Below are positions 37,794-51,680 of a DNA stretch of 64,000 bases, piece after piece; within the stretch, counting starts at the first letter, position 1; every line of letters begins with the position of its first letter. The DNA comes from Phoronis australis (taxonomy: Eukaryota > Animalia > Phoronida): contig NMRA01000052.1 of assembly GCA_002633005.1 (NCBI GenBank), forward strand, positions 1,105,235-1,169,234, given 5' to 3'. The notes below the pieces were generated by a model. That model worked only from the letters and a program-made list of their open reading frames with translations. It ran no database searches and had not been told where the DNA came from. The translations under genes and the position numbers were made by a program.

Positions 37794-40552
37794 ACACAGC
37801 ACGTGTCCTTTGAACTTCTGTGTATTGATATTTGTAAAGAGTTTTATAAAAAATGTGTCTGGATAGAGATTGTAAAGGATGTTTTTATGGCGAATTAAGC
37901 CGGGTTCTAGTTCTGAATTCGAGTTTAGCGTAATTTACCCATTTTTACACCTTTTTAGGTTATTTTGTATTGCCATATAAATTCTATGGTATTTATGGAA
38001 AAGCTCACTCAATGTAATAAAACTATTTTCCTGGGCTTACAAATGGTGTCACTATGAGAGAAAACCAATCAAGAGACTTAAAATTTTACAAGCGATAGAA
38101 GACGACTTACTTAGCTCATGAAAGTGTGTACCCACGATCAGACACTCCACAAGTTAATGTTACCGAAAGCATGTTTCTGGAAGTCGGGATTTCCTGACAA
38201 GTGGTAATTTAATAAAATTAAATTTAGTAATTTTCAGTACTATTTAATGTACTCAAACTCGTGAATGTTTCAAAAATGGAAAATTCCGTCATTGGGCTCC
38301 TTTACTTCTGCAACTGATACCTACATTAAAACAGCGAGATTTTCTGCACATGCGATTCAGTAGATGGCACACACACACACACACAGTGCAAGCTGTTTGC
38401 CTTTGAGACTTGAATGAAAATCAGTAGAACAGTTAAGATGCTTAAATTCTTGTTTATTCAATTCAACGAAAACCATAAGGTGTCAATCGTGAGTACACTG
38501 ATGCTATGTTAAGTGTATACTATGCTAACTTCGTGGCCAAGGGAAATGTATATTTGCTTGGGCAGCAGAGCCGACATTCAGCACTGATTGGTACATAGCA
38601 TTAAAGTGGAAAATACCATTGGTCAAAGTGTGATTTTTCTTGTCCTGCTGAAGAATTTTTTTTCTACCCCATAACCTGTGTAAGTGTCGCAGACAATAAT
38701 GAAAGGGAATCTTGTCTGTTCTAACAATAAATTACACAGGAACACTTCATTCTGGAGGAACTGTTTCCAATGCACCTTGAGGCCCGTTCTCATTACTGGC
38801 AAAATATACTTATTTACAGAGTCGTTGCTGGTATACCTGCTGTTTTTACTGCAGTGGGGTTTACAGATGGGGTGCCCTTTTTGTAGAGAGGGAAAGAGCA
38901 TATATTGTGCTGAGAACATGTTGTGCAGTTGTTTCTCAACTGAAGGGATAAATGGTTTTCTTTGTTTTCATTCCACTAAGCAAATGTTACTAGTGCTGTG
39001 AAACTGATTCGTGATTATTTAGAAGAAAATGTTGTTTTTTTCATAACAAACTTTTATTCCATCTTTACATTACTACATGTAGTTTGACCACAAACTATAG
39101 AGATGTCACTTGGTGTATAAATAAAATAAATAATTTTACATAATTTACACATTTTTCAATGTTAAAACTTATGAAAATTTAAAGCGGCGATCAACCCGAC
39201 TTCCGTCTCAAAAACAATTTTCGTTTTAGACCACTTACTAAACTGGAATTGGTCTCGAATAGTTGGTTTGTCGCATTAGATGTGATGTGTGGACTTGTAA
39301 AGGACTGAAACTCCGATATTATTTGAGACCAGGCTCTTGTAATGGCGGGTCAGTGCGCCACGCGTGGTCTGAAACAATACCTAATGTGGACTACCAGTTG
39401 TTTGCAAGTCCGGATGCAGTGCCATTACCAGCAATATTGAAACCGTGAATTGCGCATGCGCGAAAATCACTCAGTTAGCCCCCTTCAGAATACATGGGAT
39501 TCGCAGAAAACACAGCGTGAGGGTCTTATTTATGAATCAATCACATTTGCCGATAGCACATAACATAGATAAGTATTTTGTTAAAAACGTGGCCAAGTTT
39601 CAGCAAAATTGGAAAAAATTTTATGTTTAACATGGTATGGCCAAAGTTTTGGCTTATTTTGTCGCTTCGATCAGTGGAATCGCCGCTAAAAACCCGAAAG
39701 TGCATGTGAGAAAACGATAATTTTGGACCAAGCCTTTCATGTGCGGTTAGTTGCCGATAGACCCAACAGATGTCAGTATAATCAAGATTGAAATGTAGGA
39801 TTTTGAAGAAAATTAGACAAAATTTTGTATTTAACATGGGGTCGCCGAAAATTGCCAATTTTGGCCTTTTGATATCAGTTTATCGTCATAGACTAGCATT
39901 AGTGGGTCTAGTTAATTCGAAGTTTTTGGTTAAATCACTGATAATATTCACACCAGTATACTAATAAACGTTTTCTCTATATATAACAATTTGATTCCAA
40001 TGCTTAAGTAGTGCGTACAACAGGGATTAGCCCTTGACCGGCCCGGCCCATAGTGCGGGAGCTAAGAATTCAGCTTTAGGCCAAAGTAGCTATGTGCGGA
40101 AAACTCAGCCACCTGAGGTGTTTACGATCCACTTCAGAGAAAAAAAACTTCGTTGTACCTAACAATAATTTGTTTCCGAGTACTTCGGGTATGGTTTAAA
40201 ATTGAAAGGGGTCATTACAAGTTGAATTTATGAGAATTGTATTGTTGCATTGCGAACTGAAAACTAGTCGATTGACGGGTAGTGCGAGACAAGGCAACGA
40301 GTAAGGACAGCTTTGATTTGCTTACGAGTAGTGACTCATGATTGGCCAGACATCTGTACTAATATGTTTTGTCTTTCCTTTTCAACGGAATATATTTGAA
40401 CTTTGGGCAACAAAATGTAGAACAACCTTTCTGGTGCTTCTCTCCAGTAGACACTGAGACACGCGGAGAGTGAAACGCTAACTGGTCCATAAGCGATGAC
40501 CTAGTTTTCGCAGAGAACCTGGCGGATGACCTAGTTTACGAATTGCTGGTAA

Positions 40553-40942
40553 TGCGTGAACTTGGAATCTTGTTTAATCTCAAGATCGCGTATGCGTGAA
40601 CTTGGAATACACGTGGAAACTTGACAAGTTCACTCAAATAATCACGTTCACGTTGATAAAAATAAATTTACTCCGCACTGAATCAAATTACGTGTTAACC
40701 AATCTTTTTTCTACTATTGGCGATATTATTCACCAAAAATAATTGATATAACTTTCACATAAACCGATTATTTGACACAAGTCACGGTAAAGGAGAAAAT
40801 GGGTGATCATGAGGCTAATAAATACAAAAATTCTTTACACTAGGAACGAAAATTTCACCAGAGTACCTAAATGGATATTCAATTCCAAGTTCACACATAC
40901 GCGGTCTTTAGTTGAGATAAAGCAGGATTACAAGTTCACGCA
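40553..40942. mobile_element. ~390-bp MITE-like element with ~55-60-bp imperfect TIRs
   Basis: tgcgtgaacttggaatc...gcgtatgcgtgaacttggaat vs attccaagttcacacatacgc...caagttcacgca. Confidence 0.55.
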
Positions 40943-42535
40943 CAGCACGGAAACCTCTCAGTCATCAGAGACAGACACATGTTGAGACCAATTTTTTAGA
41001 GATAAGTAGTCTGAAACAAAGGTTAGTTTGCTTAGTGGAAGCTAGGGATTATGACCTCTTTATGAGGGCATATATTAGTAAATATCCATCTATAACGCAA
41101 AATAAATAATAACAGAAAAACAATGCCACTGAACGGCTCATGGCCGACCCAGTACCCATAACTGAGATCACGTACAAGTAGAAAACGCTTTGGATTCGGC
41201 AAGTGTTAAAACTACCATTTGCATATTGTAAATGTTAAGTTTGTGGGTGACGTCAGGTCTAAACAAAAGCGGAACTAGAGCACGTGCTTTAAAGAAGCAA
41301 TAACCCTGCACCTATTAGTTGAACAAAAAACCTTTGATTAGGACACTTGTTATAAAATCCATCTCGTCCTGTTCCGTACTGAGATAAGAAATGATTTTCT
41401 AGGTTTGATCAGAATTGACTGTTGCTGCCGGTCGCTTGTCACGGTGGGTTAGTCACTGAAGTCATTTGCCAAGGCAATATGGCGGAAGAATTCCAGGCGA
41501 TTTATTCAGTTGCAACCAATTTCAATCCAAACAAATAATTAGTGCGTGATGACGATGGTTGCACGAACGCTTTTAAGCCAAATTAAAACAAGGACAAATA
41601 TCGCCAACATCAAAGTGTAAATTGGTGGCTTTGGGCACTGGGCGGATGGCAGGACGTTATGCAAATTAGTAATTAAACATGTGACGTGGCGTGATGAAGA
41701 CTTCACAATCACACATAAGTTTTAAGTACACGGCATAAATAACCACACAAAATAAAATAACAAAAATTAGTCTTGTTCGATGAATAATATCACTGAAAAC
41801 ATGCGAACAGCCTGGTGGCAACCATACAAGTGACAGGACTATCTACTTCTGACACTCAGTCATGATCTCGTTTTGTAAATCGAATTTTAAAGCTGAAACC
41901 CACATTCCGTCAAAGAAACGAACTTTCCATTTAACCACTTACTACTATAAGTTGGTCTCGTCTTTTCCTTACTTAGATGAGAAGTGATTTCAGGGCATAC
42001 AAAGAATTAACAGTTGGTCATTGCTTGAGATCGTGCTAGGTGCACAAAATGACTCGCCGTGAGAAACCAACTTGTAGAGCCTATTCTCACGAAATAGGCC
42101 AAACAAACTGACAGTTCATTCGGGAGGGGGGGGGGGTCGTATCAAGGTTTTTGAAAAAGGAGGTCCAAGTCAACAATTTGAAAATTATAGATTTGATATC
42201 ACTAAAATCAAGGGGAAAGGGGGATCTGGATCGCCTGGATCCGCCTATGCATGAAATAGCATCTAATTTGACCAAGGAACAATTTGAGACCAATTTCACA
42301 ATAGAAAGTGGTTGAAATCAAAAGTTAGTTTTTGTGGTGGAATGCCGTATTATAGCAACTCTAAATAACATGGCAACCGAACTACTGAATAACACTACCC
42401 ATGAGTAAATGTCGACAATTAATTATCCCCCAGAAACGCAAAAAATGCCAAGTTCCACGAAGCACGTGCGACTGCCGCCGTTGTTCCAAAAACTCGTTCA
42501 CCCACAAGCCTGTCAGTCCGCAATGATGTCACCTC

Positions 42536-45500
42536 TCATGACAAGTATCTGTACTTCTTGAAGCAGTGATTGCCTGAATCCGCCACCACAACATGACCGT
42601 CGTTGGTTATTGCCAATCCTTGGGGACCGTACAAGGGATCCGCTTGAGTGTTCACATAACTCAGGAAAGAACCGTTACTGTCAAATACCTGTATCAGAAA
42701 ATTAATATTTTGCCATTCACAAATGTAGACCTGCAGTTGAAAAGGGAGCAAGTTGCCCCTAGTGCGAAATGTTGCGGAGCAAATGACGTGCAACTGCAAA
42801 TCATCAGACGCAAACGCAATTTTGGTACAAGTTTGTACCTCATTAATAGGAAATCCCGAGAATTTCTCGCTGTTTTTTCGATCAAAAGCTATGAGGATTA
42901 GGGGCTAATCCGAAGTGCCATTCACACGAATTTATTTCACTCAAGTTTGAGTAGGATTATCGCTTTCTAGGCAATTGTGATGGGACGCGAGCGTTGGCAT
43001 CATTTCCGCCGGATTCCAAGTTTCAGCTGCGCTGTGTAAACACAAACACAAGTCGAAAAACTTTCGCACCATAAAAAATTTGCATGCATTTCAACTGTAG
43101 TGCAAACTCCAACAGAAAATGAGGAACGTTTCACTGTTCTTGTTGCATTAACACGGAATTGGTCCGCAAACAACAATGAAGATAATTTGTACAACAGCAT
43201 TGCGCTGCATAAAGGGACAAGAACGAATTGGAATTCACAGATTGTGAAAAATGTGAAGGAGTCATAAATACAGAGATACAAAAGTAGTTTTAAATTGGGA
43301 GTTATTGTTCAAGGGTAATTATTCGACAGTCTTCACAGTTAGTTAACCAAAAGAAGCCAATGAACTTTACGAGTGTTAATCTTCAATAGGCCTACCAAAG
43401 TCAAAACCACAAATTAACTGATTTTTTTTTCATTCGATGACTACCAAACGTACTGGGGTAATCGGAAAGTTTATTTATGGTTTGACTTTGCTACGTTGTT
43501 TTACCTGTATGCGGGAATTTCCCCAGTCGGCAACCACAATATGACCCAGCTCATCGATAGCGATCCCTGTTGGTGCGTTGAACTGTCCATTACCCATACC
43601 GTTGCCTCCAAAACTGAACAGGAAGATGCCATGCGAGTCGAATACCTTGACACAATGGTTGTGGAAATCAGTTACAGCTATGTCGTTGTTAGTGTTGACA
43701 GCGGCGTAATGTGGACCGGCGAATTGGTGATCCTCGTTGCCACGTGAACCAAACTTATGAATGACTTTGCCATTGGATTGGAAGACGACTACGCAACTCG
43801 CTTTGTTGTCCACAACGATGATATGACCGTCATTGTCAACTGTGACACCTTTGGGACCTTGTAACTTTCCCACACCAAATCGATTGATATATTTGCCGTC
43901 GGGCCCGAACACGCTGATCCAGTGGTTGTCGTAGTCAGCCACGATGTAATTGCCATTTAGAGTGACCCCAACACCTGTGGGTCGCTGGAGCTGACCCGGA
44001 TTTCGACCACGAGAGCCGAATTTCAGTCTGAACTCTCCAGAACTCTTAAAAACTTGTACATTCTGGTTGTTGCTGTCAGTGACTAGAATTTGACCATTGG
44101 AGCTTGTGCAAATCGCCTGGGGATTTGCAAATTCTCCGTTGTTGCGTCCCTTCTCTCCAATTCGCATTACAAGGTCATCGTCGATCGGAGGATTGCTTTT
44201 TCTTTGAGAAGAGCTTGACTTTGCGCTGGTGGTTCTCTTAGTAGCTCTCTGCTTAACTGGTGTGGTTTTGGTGATTTTTGATGGCTCTACCACCGTTGTT
44301 CCATTAACTCCAGGAATTGCTTTTATGCGGAATGGCGACCCTTTGATATGCTGGTTAAAAAGTAGGATAACCAAATCGTACGACCCATCCTGTGGAACGA
44401 TGTATACCAGATCATACGTTCCGTTCTTGTGGTCAATAATCTCAGGAATGATGCTGATCTTTTCATCTGTTGAAAGAAGTTCTGCTTGGAGGGGAGCTGC
44501 ACCTATTTTGATCAATTCCCCTTTACGATCTTTAGTGGTGATTGTGATCATGGTTTGTTGTCCGACGTAACATTTACGAAGACCATCGCCTGTAGCCGTG
44601 GTTCTGAAGCCAACGGCACTGTTTGAGTCGATGCGCCCCAAGTGGCTAATCAGAGATTTGGCACCGTTCATCTCATGGCAGTTAAAGCTGAGAGAGTCAT
44701 TTTCTTCCGGTGCAGTTTTAAAGGTGGAGTTTCCCAGTTCCTTCAGCCGCTCACCAATTTCTTTCCTGACCAATAAGATGTCAGTATCTGTACCACTCTC
44801 GACTGCTTCATTCGTAATATCACAGCAACTCTCGATGCTTGCCAACAAATTTTCCAGTTCTGACTTCTGGTCAACAAGAACTTGGCTTTTTAGTTCATAT
44901 TTAGTGTTTAAAGAGTCGGTCACCGCCTGCCGCCTGTCTTTGATAAGATGTTCCAGCGAATCAAAGACGGAAACAATTTGGGATTCTATGTTGTGATAGT
45001 TGCTTGCAAGAGAAGAGGACACGTTTTCCACATTTTCGATGGCTTTTTGAATGTCGGGAATTTGAGTTCTTGAATGCGCCATCAAGCGTTTCAACTGGAT
45101 CTTCTGTTCCTGGACAGCGTGCTGTTTCGTTCCCAACCTGTGCTCATTGTGTTCCATTTGGGTACATTCCTCGCACACCGGTGTCTCGCAGGAGAAACAG
45201 TAAAACTGCAGCTGCTGATCATGGCTCGCGCACACGAGACGTTGTTCTTCCTCTGAACCGTTTGAGGTGGCTGTTGACTCTCCTAGGTTTAACGTCTCGT
45301 GACCCTCTTGTGCCACGTGATCAGGCTTACAGTCTGCGCATAAGTATTGCGAGCATAGCACGCACTTGCCGGTGGCTTTGGTTTGCTTGTCGCAAAAGCC
45401 GCAAACATTCGTCTGTTCCAAAACATCCATAAGATTTGAGACGAAAAAGTTGTTCTGCAAGGCCTTCACACCATCCTCAGGCAGAATGGACTGCTGCCTA

Positions 45501-45673
45501 CATACGGGGCAGGTTAGAGTTATGCTCTTCGCCGGAATGTAACTTTCGAGGCAAGTCTCGCAGAATGTATGAAGACAAGGGAGAACTTTGGGGGAAATGT
45601 AGCGCTCCAAACAAATACCGCAACAAAGAAAGTGCTTTGTAATTTGTTTCACGACTGGAATGTTGTTCGCCAT
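42536..45673 (-). CDS. TRIM2/TRIM3-like TRIM-NHL E3 ubiquitin ligase (RING, two B-boxes, coiled coil, filamin, six NHL repeats), ~773 aa
   Basis: Exons 43505-45673 and 42536-42688. [32 protein letters not shown]; filamin [18 protein letters not shown]; NHL repeats (F..P.G...DS.N..VQVF); C-terminus [14 protein letters not shown] resembles TRIM2/3. An in-frame acceptor at 45697 means a longer N-terminus is possible. Confidence 0.9.
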
Positions 45674-48600
45674 ACTAACACCATCGTCTGTCCCTTCCTA
45701 AAATAGGCAAAAACACATATCTCAAGGGCAAACTCTCGACAGAGACTGGATAATGTGAATAAAATGGGAGTACTGAAAACATTGAAACCACATGATTAAT
45801 TGCATTTATACCATCAATTGATTTGAGCTTCTATACGTGACTTAGGAAAGACCCAAAGGAGAAAACGCCTGTTCCATTGAGAAAACACAAGAGTTAAGGA
45901 ACGCAGCCAAGTATTATTAAAAGGGTACCAAACCCAGTTTTGACCTCATAAAAATAACTTTTCCATCTAGTTCTCTGAAACGAAATAATACTCTGCAACC
46001 CTAGAAATCCCTCAAAAGTTAACTTATGAAAAATTGAAAACTCCTGTCAAAGTCTGCTAAACGGGCAAGTGTGACCTACGCTTTTAGCGAATTACAAGTC
46101 AACTATGGAAAAAGACCGCCCACCAAGGATCACCATGTGTGAATTAGGTGGTATTTGTTTTTAGTTGATTCCTGTTTTTATCTTTCAAGATTAACGTCAA
46201 TGAAGCATTAGCAGGTGATAGAACCGGTATTGGTTAATATCGTCAAAACAGGGTTTAGTATCCTTTAAATATGTGGCGTTATGGATGCACCGAATAATCA
46301 AATGAAATAGAGACGACGCACATCCTCTGATCAAAAACCTTTAAGTGGCGTGTGCGTAAATTTGAGCCTTCGAGACAACCGGGCAGGACTTCTGAAATTT
46401 ACCGACAACAGCTAGAGGATGCCCCTGTCACTGAGTGACTGAGACATCACAGGTAGCGTACAACAACCTCTATCCATTTTTCTCACGTCATGATTGAAGT
46501 GAACCTTCAAACTATAGACTGTACACTTTGCAACTTGGCCCTCGTTCCAGATGAGGACACTCACACTTTTGGTTGATTCCCTCGCCCTATCTTCACTGCT
46601 CTGACTGAGTTAGGTCGCTAGGTAAAATAGTTTGTCTTCTCACTTTTCATTGTCACGGCGAGTTCATTTTTGTTGTATCAAATATGTCGCATTTTCAACT
46701 GAAAAGGATATTCTTTCGTCAGATTTCAAAATTTAGTAAGGAATCGCGCATTCATTTCACTGTAGGTCGCGCTAGAGAAAACAAGTTAAATTTTAATTTA
46801 CACCAAATTGACATCCACATGAACCTTTGCATGAGTTTAATATATTGCCGGGATTGCCTGTTCACCTATTAAAGCGATAGAAAGTTGAATGTCTGTATTT
46901 GAATAAGATATGTAAAGAACGTTCTGTGACAACAAACGAGAACATTACGACACAAAACACCGGTGACAGAGTATGGACTTGGAATATTTACAAAATTAGC
47001 ATGTGTTTAACGTATAATGTTGATTTTAGCCACGTGCGCCGTTTTAGTCGCTCTATTTCACACTCCATTGCACATTCTATAGTGTTATTTGCCGTGAATA
47101 CCACAAAGGCCACGTATAAGAATTGACAACATCTGCTTTTCCTCGTCACGCCAGCTCCGACGGCAGATTATGGAGAAACGATAATTCCCTTCACGGTCGA
47201 ATTTGTTTGCTTTTTAAGAACAACGCAAACAGATTATTCCCAAGATTTTGAAGCACTGTCGTTCCGTCCTAGTTGAATTTATGCATCCGATGCCTTCCAA
47301 CAAAAAGCGAGCTTTATTAGTGTCCACGCATGGCTTTGAATCTTATGCGTTTGCGTGTTCCCGGAAATGATGATTTCAAAACGAAAACCCTGTCGCAGCA
47401 CCCTTTTCACAGACTTCAGTTGAACTTCAAGATAAATGCAAAATTTGAGACCTATCGTCACCACAAAATCCGCCGACCCGAACCGAGTATGTTACACCTG
47501 CGAGTCAGTAATGTAAATCTCGATGTTGTAATTATGTTTTAACTTAATTCCAGCCCTCAAGACAGTTTTTACGCTCACACAAACAGTCCATCTCAAACCT
47601 GACAGGATCGCTGTAAGATATGTAACACATTTGGTGGCAATTAGGGATGAGCTTAAAATATGTTGTAATGTTTACATTGTTGTCTGAGAACACGTGTAAA
47701 GTTTATACTATGAGCTGCACTGCTGATGTCATACCTGCGGCGAGTTTCCTTAAAGGGACATTGCACTCGTTTGGAGAGGTGAATTAAAACTGATAGACAC
47801 AACGAGTGTTACGTGGTAGATTTCTTTCCCTACGATCTTCCGCTTGTTAAACTAATAGAATACTGCTATAGCAAGCGTCCCCCGTTGGTAGATTTGTTTA
47901 AAATCCACTAATCACGTAAATCTATAGTCGGAACTAACACAGTTTTAAAGCTGATGTGCGAACAACACAAAATTACTTAATTAAAGAAAAATAAAACTTG
48001 TTCTCGCGGCTCTCTCACTACAAACATTACAGACACCCTGGAATGATAAACTCAAAATGAATCGAATACACTCTATTCATGGTTTTCACGTTCATGTCCT
48101 TGACCATTGGATTGGTAAGTACGTTCCCTCGACATCTTTGATAAGTTGCCACAGTCGTTATGTTAATAACTAGGCAACGTGATCTTTAAACCAGTGTTCA
48201 ATTTCGAGTCCGTTTCAGCGACAATGGCATAAATTATAACGAGTCAGGCGCAAAGTTCACAGAAAAACATCCCATAGAAGACTAAAATTATTGGAGGTCT
48301 CCCCGATGCCCAAAGATTAATAATTAAAAACAAGCTGTTATCTACGGTCATCGGATTTTGGTAGACTTATATGTTGCTTTTGCTTGTAAACACTAAAGCA
48401 GTCGTATTTTATAGTCATACGTTTCTTCGCTTTCTCATGACCCCGTCCTGTGAATTCGGTAGTGTAACAACAGTTTGTTATTCCACGCAGCTCTGAGCGA
48501 ATTCTCATAAATAACGACATGGTCGCAAGCGCCAAATACGACAGGTTTGCCTGTTCATACTACGCCTGTCGTATACTCTACACATACATACATAACCAGT

Positions 48601-51524
48601 GGCAATTTTTCAATAACGGCCACAAGGCTGTCAATCCGTCGGTGTGTGGTGCTCGGCTAGATTGGCATCGCATGGTGTCGAAGGTAATTTTCTTGTCATA
48701 TGAAGACAGTGAGGCAAGGCTGTGTGTTTTAATACCACTATCAACGCTTAATTAACATATCTATAATTAATAAAACACACCAATAATGCGTGCAGTGAGT
48801 GTATTGACTTGGAATCAATAACGGTGACTTCGTTTATCGTTCAGTACGTCGCGTGTAATGAGTACATAAATATTGTGACGAATTCATTTACACACTGTCA
48901 CACAAATCGCAGATTTTCGTCGATAGCGCCTCCATTAATTTCAAAAGCAAAACATATGCCCATGCCATTTACAATTCACATAAAGCGTCATGTTTATCAT
49001 CGAAACTGCATCGTCTATGAATGCGGAAGTCTACACAGTAGCAACAAAATAAAAGCCAAAACACTGGTTAAGTATTACACACCTAGACCTAAGAACAAAG
49101 CTGGTCTTTACACGAGGCTCCACTACAAAACTAACCCCTGGCAAGCATCGGGCGAAAGTTGAAAAGATGCTCAAAGCGTGAAACGTGATTGTTCAATTTT
49201 CTTGCAAAATCTCAACTAAAGATTTGTGGCCATGGGTCCTTGACTCGTGACTGCCAAACGTTGCTCGGGCAATTAGTCTTTTTTAGCCATATTGTGTGAA
49301 ATTTCACTAACATTACCGGAAGCGTGCTACGCAATTCGTCAATTTTTGAGTCGAGTATCGAACAAAATTCAGTTGTCACAGGCCCTGGTTCACAGCGTAA
49401 AAGACTTAAGTCATCGAGATTACGTGCAGAATTAACGTGAGAAAACGAAACATCTTTTAAGATGTCTTGTTTACACTTCGACTTAACCTACTCAGTGTAT
49501 GGAAAAGCAAATACATCTCAAAAGATGTGGAACTTGATGCATTGAATGAAGTAATCGATGGTCGAAACACAACGCGTTATCTTATTTCTCCAAATGTTTT
49601 AATTAGTGTCATGAACCGTAGCAGAAAAATCGATGACTCGTTTGTATTGATTTCACAAAGGGAACGCGCAGTTACAATAGACATCGGTAAGGCACATTTG
49701 AAGAAAATTAGAAGATTCAAGGGATGACTAACGATGTGTAAAACTACTGTGCGTAAATGTCGGACAGGTGTCGAGCATAACTGTCAGTGTCAAGCTGATG
49801 GTTGTAATTTCAGCCCCGAGCACGAAGCTGTTCATGACACGTAATACCAGCGGTTTTACCTGGCAAATAATATGAATTTAAAACATGACAAACCGGTTTT
49901 GTCACTTTGCTCCATGGGAAAAATTGCCTGCAGCAACCTTGGCAACCACCATGTCAACGACAATGAGAATGATAATGATAAATGATAATAATAACAATAA
50001 TGATGACATTTTTGAGTCTGAAATTGTATAAAATATTCAAGTGGACTAACACAAAAAATTGGCTAAACAGAAGAACAATACAATATGAAACATTACTATA
50101 AGAACAATATTAATAATAAATGAACGAATTTGTAAATAAATATATGATCACACGTAATGAAAGACTTCGTTAAAAATGAAATTTTAATGCAGCAATAGTT
50201 GGAGTCGATCAAATGTTGTATGGTATGGAAGCTGCCGATGATGGACAGAAGGCGGCGCTGACCATACATTGTATTCGCCCTCGCATAAGACAATGGTAAG
50301 TTATTTGCTGATCAAAGTATGCGACTGAGACCCAGGTACTGTGAAACGAGATCGGGAAGATACTTATAAGTAATGATGCAACGAATGGTGGATAAGTCCG
50401 ACTACGAGTCCCCTGAGGTGCAAAATCTTTTGATGACCTATTGTTTATTAAACAGCCTTTCGCTTGCAATTAATCAAAATATGTCACACAGAGAACAGAT
50501 ACGAAAAACATACTTTCCACAAACAAGTTCATTTTATTCATGACATTAATGTATTATACATTTCAGTTATTAATTATTAATCACGCACACGGTTCGACAC
50601 CAGATGGTTAATTGCGATAACGAAGCTGCAGTCAACATTCGTAATAATACGTGTTTCAAGGTCAATCGGTACAAACTGCAGATAGAAAAGCGGACATTTA
50701 GCGAATACACGTGTGGTTGTCCGCATAAACATAAGACCGGACCATTTACGCAATATTTCTGAGCATGAAAATACATGGACTGCTTTTCATGTTTAATTGG
50801 TCCTTTGTATGGCACATATTGAACAAACCTCAGCTAGTTCTACGTAAGGGCGTTCTCTCTCATTCCGATATTGATCAACTGTCAATGAATTATAATAATT
50901 TATGAATGAACTTACTTGTGTGTAGACTCCATGGCAAATTCCAATTCACTGAACGCAGTCACGATGCTTTTACGCGTTGTTATGTTTGGCTCATGATAGG
51001 CAGCAATTTATAGCAATTTTAACGCAAGAACTTAGCAGTAATCTACGTCTAGTATCTTTCGCTTTATTGCCGTTGATATTTTTACCTGCGAAAACGAGCG
51101 CGGCTAAGACCTATTGATAATGGAACGCGACAATTAAAAGTACAATACGAAGCTTCAGTCGATCTCCGGCTGATCAAATCACACAGTTACGAAAATCAAA
51201 ATAGCGCGACTCCGCGGGACAGTACGAAGCTATATCAACCGCCAGTATCGCTTGTATCCTGTAGTTGGTGCCCCGGCGGCTCTTTCAGTCGAAACAAAAT
51301 CAAAGCTTTGTGAAATGGTAGTTAAAGTGGCAATAAACTTGCGCTGCGACAAAGAAGCGAACTTTTGATATAGACCACATTCTGCTATAAAATTGGTCTT
51401 AACTTATTTCTTGCTCAGATGTGACGTGATTATTGGGCTCGCAAAGAACTGACAGCTCGATGTGATTGAAATTATCTGCAAACCGGCCGACAGCGCCGCC
51501 GTGACAAGTCAACTTGCAGAACTT

Positions 51525-51680
51525 GGGTAGGGTTCAGTAACGCTATAGGACCGCGCAAAACCAAGACTTCGGGAGATTGCGTGGGACATTGCCGTGTATT
51601 TTAAATGAGAACATAGGTGATTTTGGCTAGATTTTAGCGAGGTCCTAACGTAGGTCCTACCGCTACTGAGCTCCACCCTG
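51525..51680. mobile_element. Small MITE-like element
   Basis: Imperfect TIRs gggtagggttcagtaacgctataggacc / ggtcctaccgctactgagctccaccctg. Confidence 0.45.

Noticed and set aside
40490-40630. Short direct repeats with spacers (gatgacctagttt x2; gcgtgaacttggaat x2) resembling a CRISPR array
   Set aside because: Only two units each, eukaryotic context, and the second pair is part of a MITE TIR.
43496-45642. Several plus-strand ORFs over the TRIM exon
   Set aside because: Antisense shadows of a long coding exon, with no independent signals.
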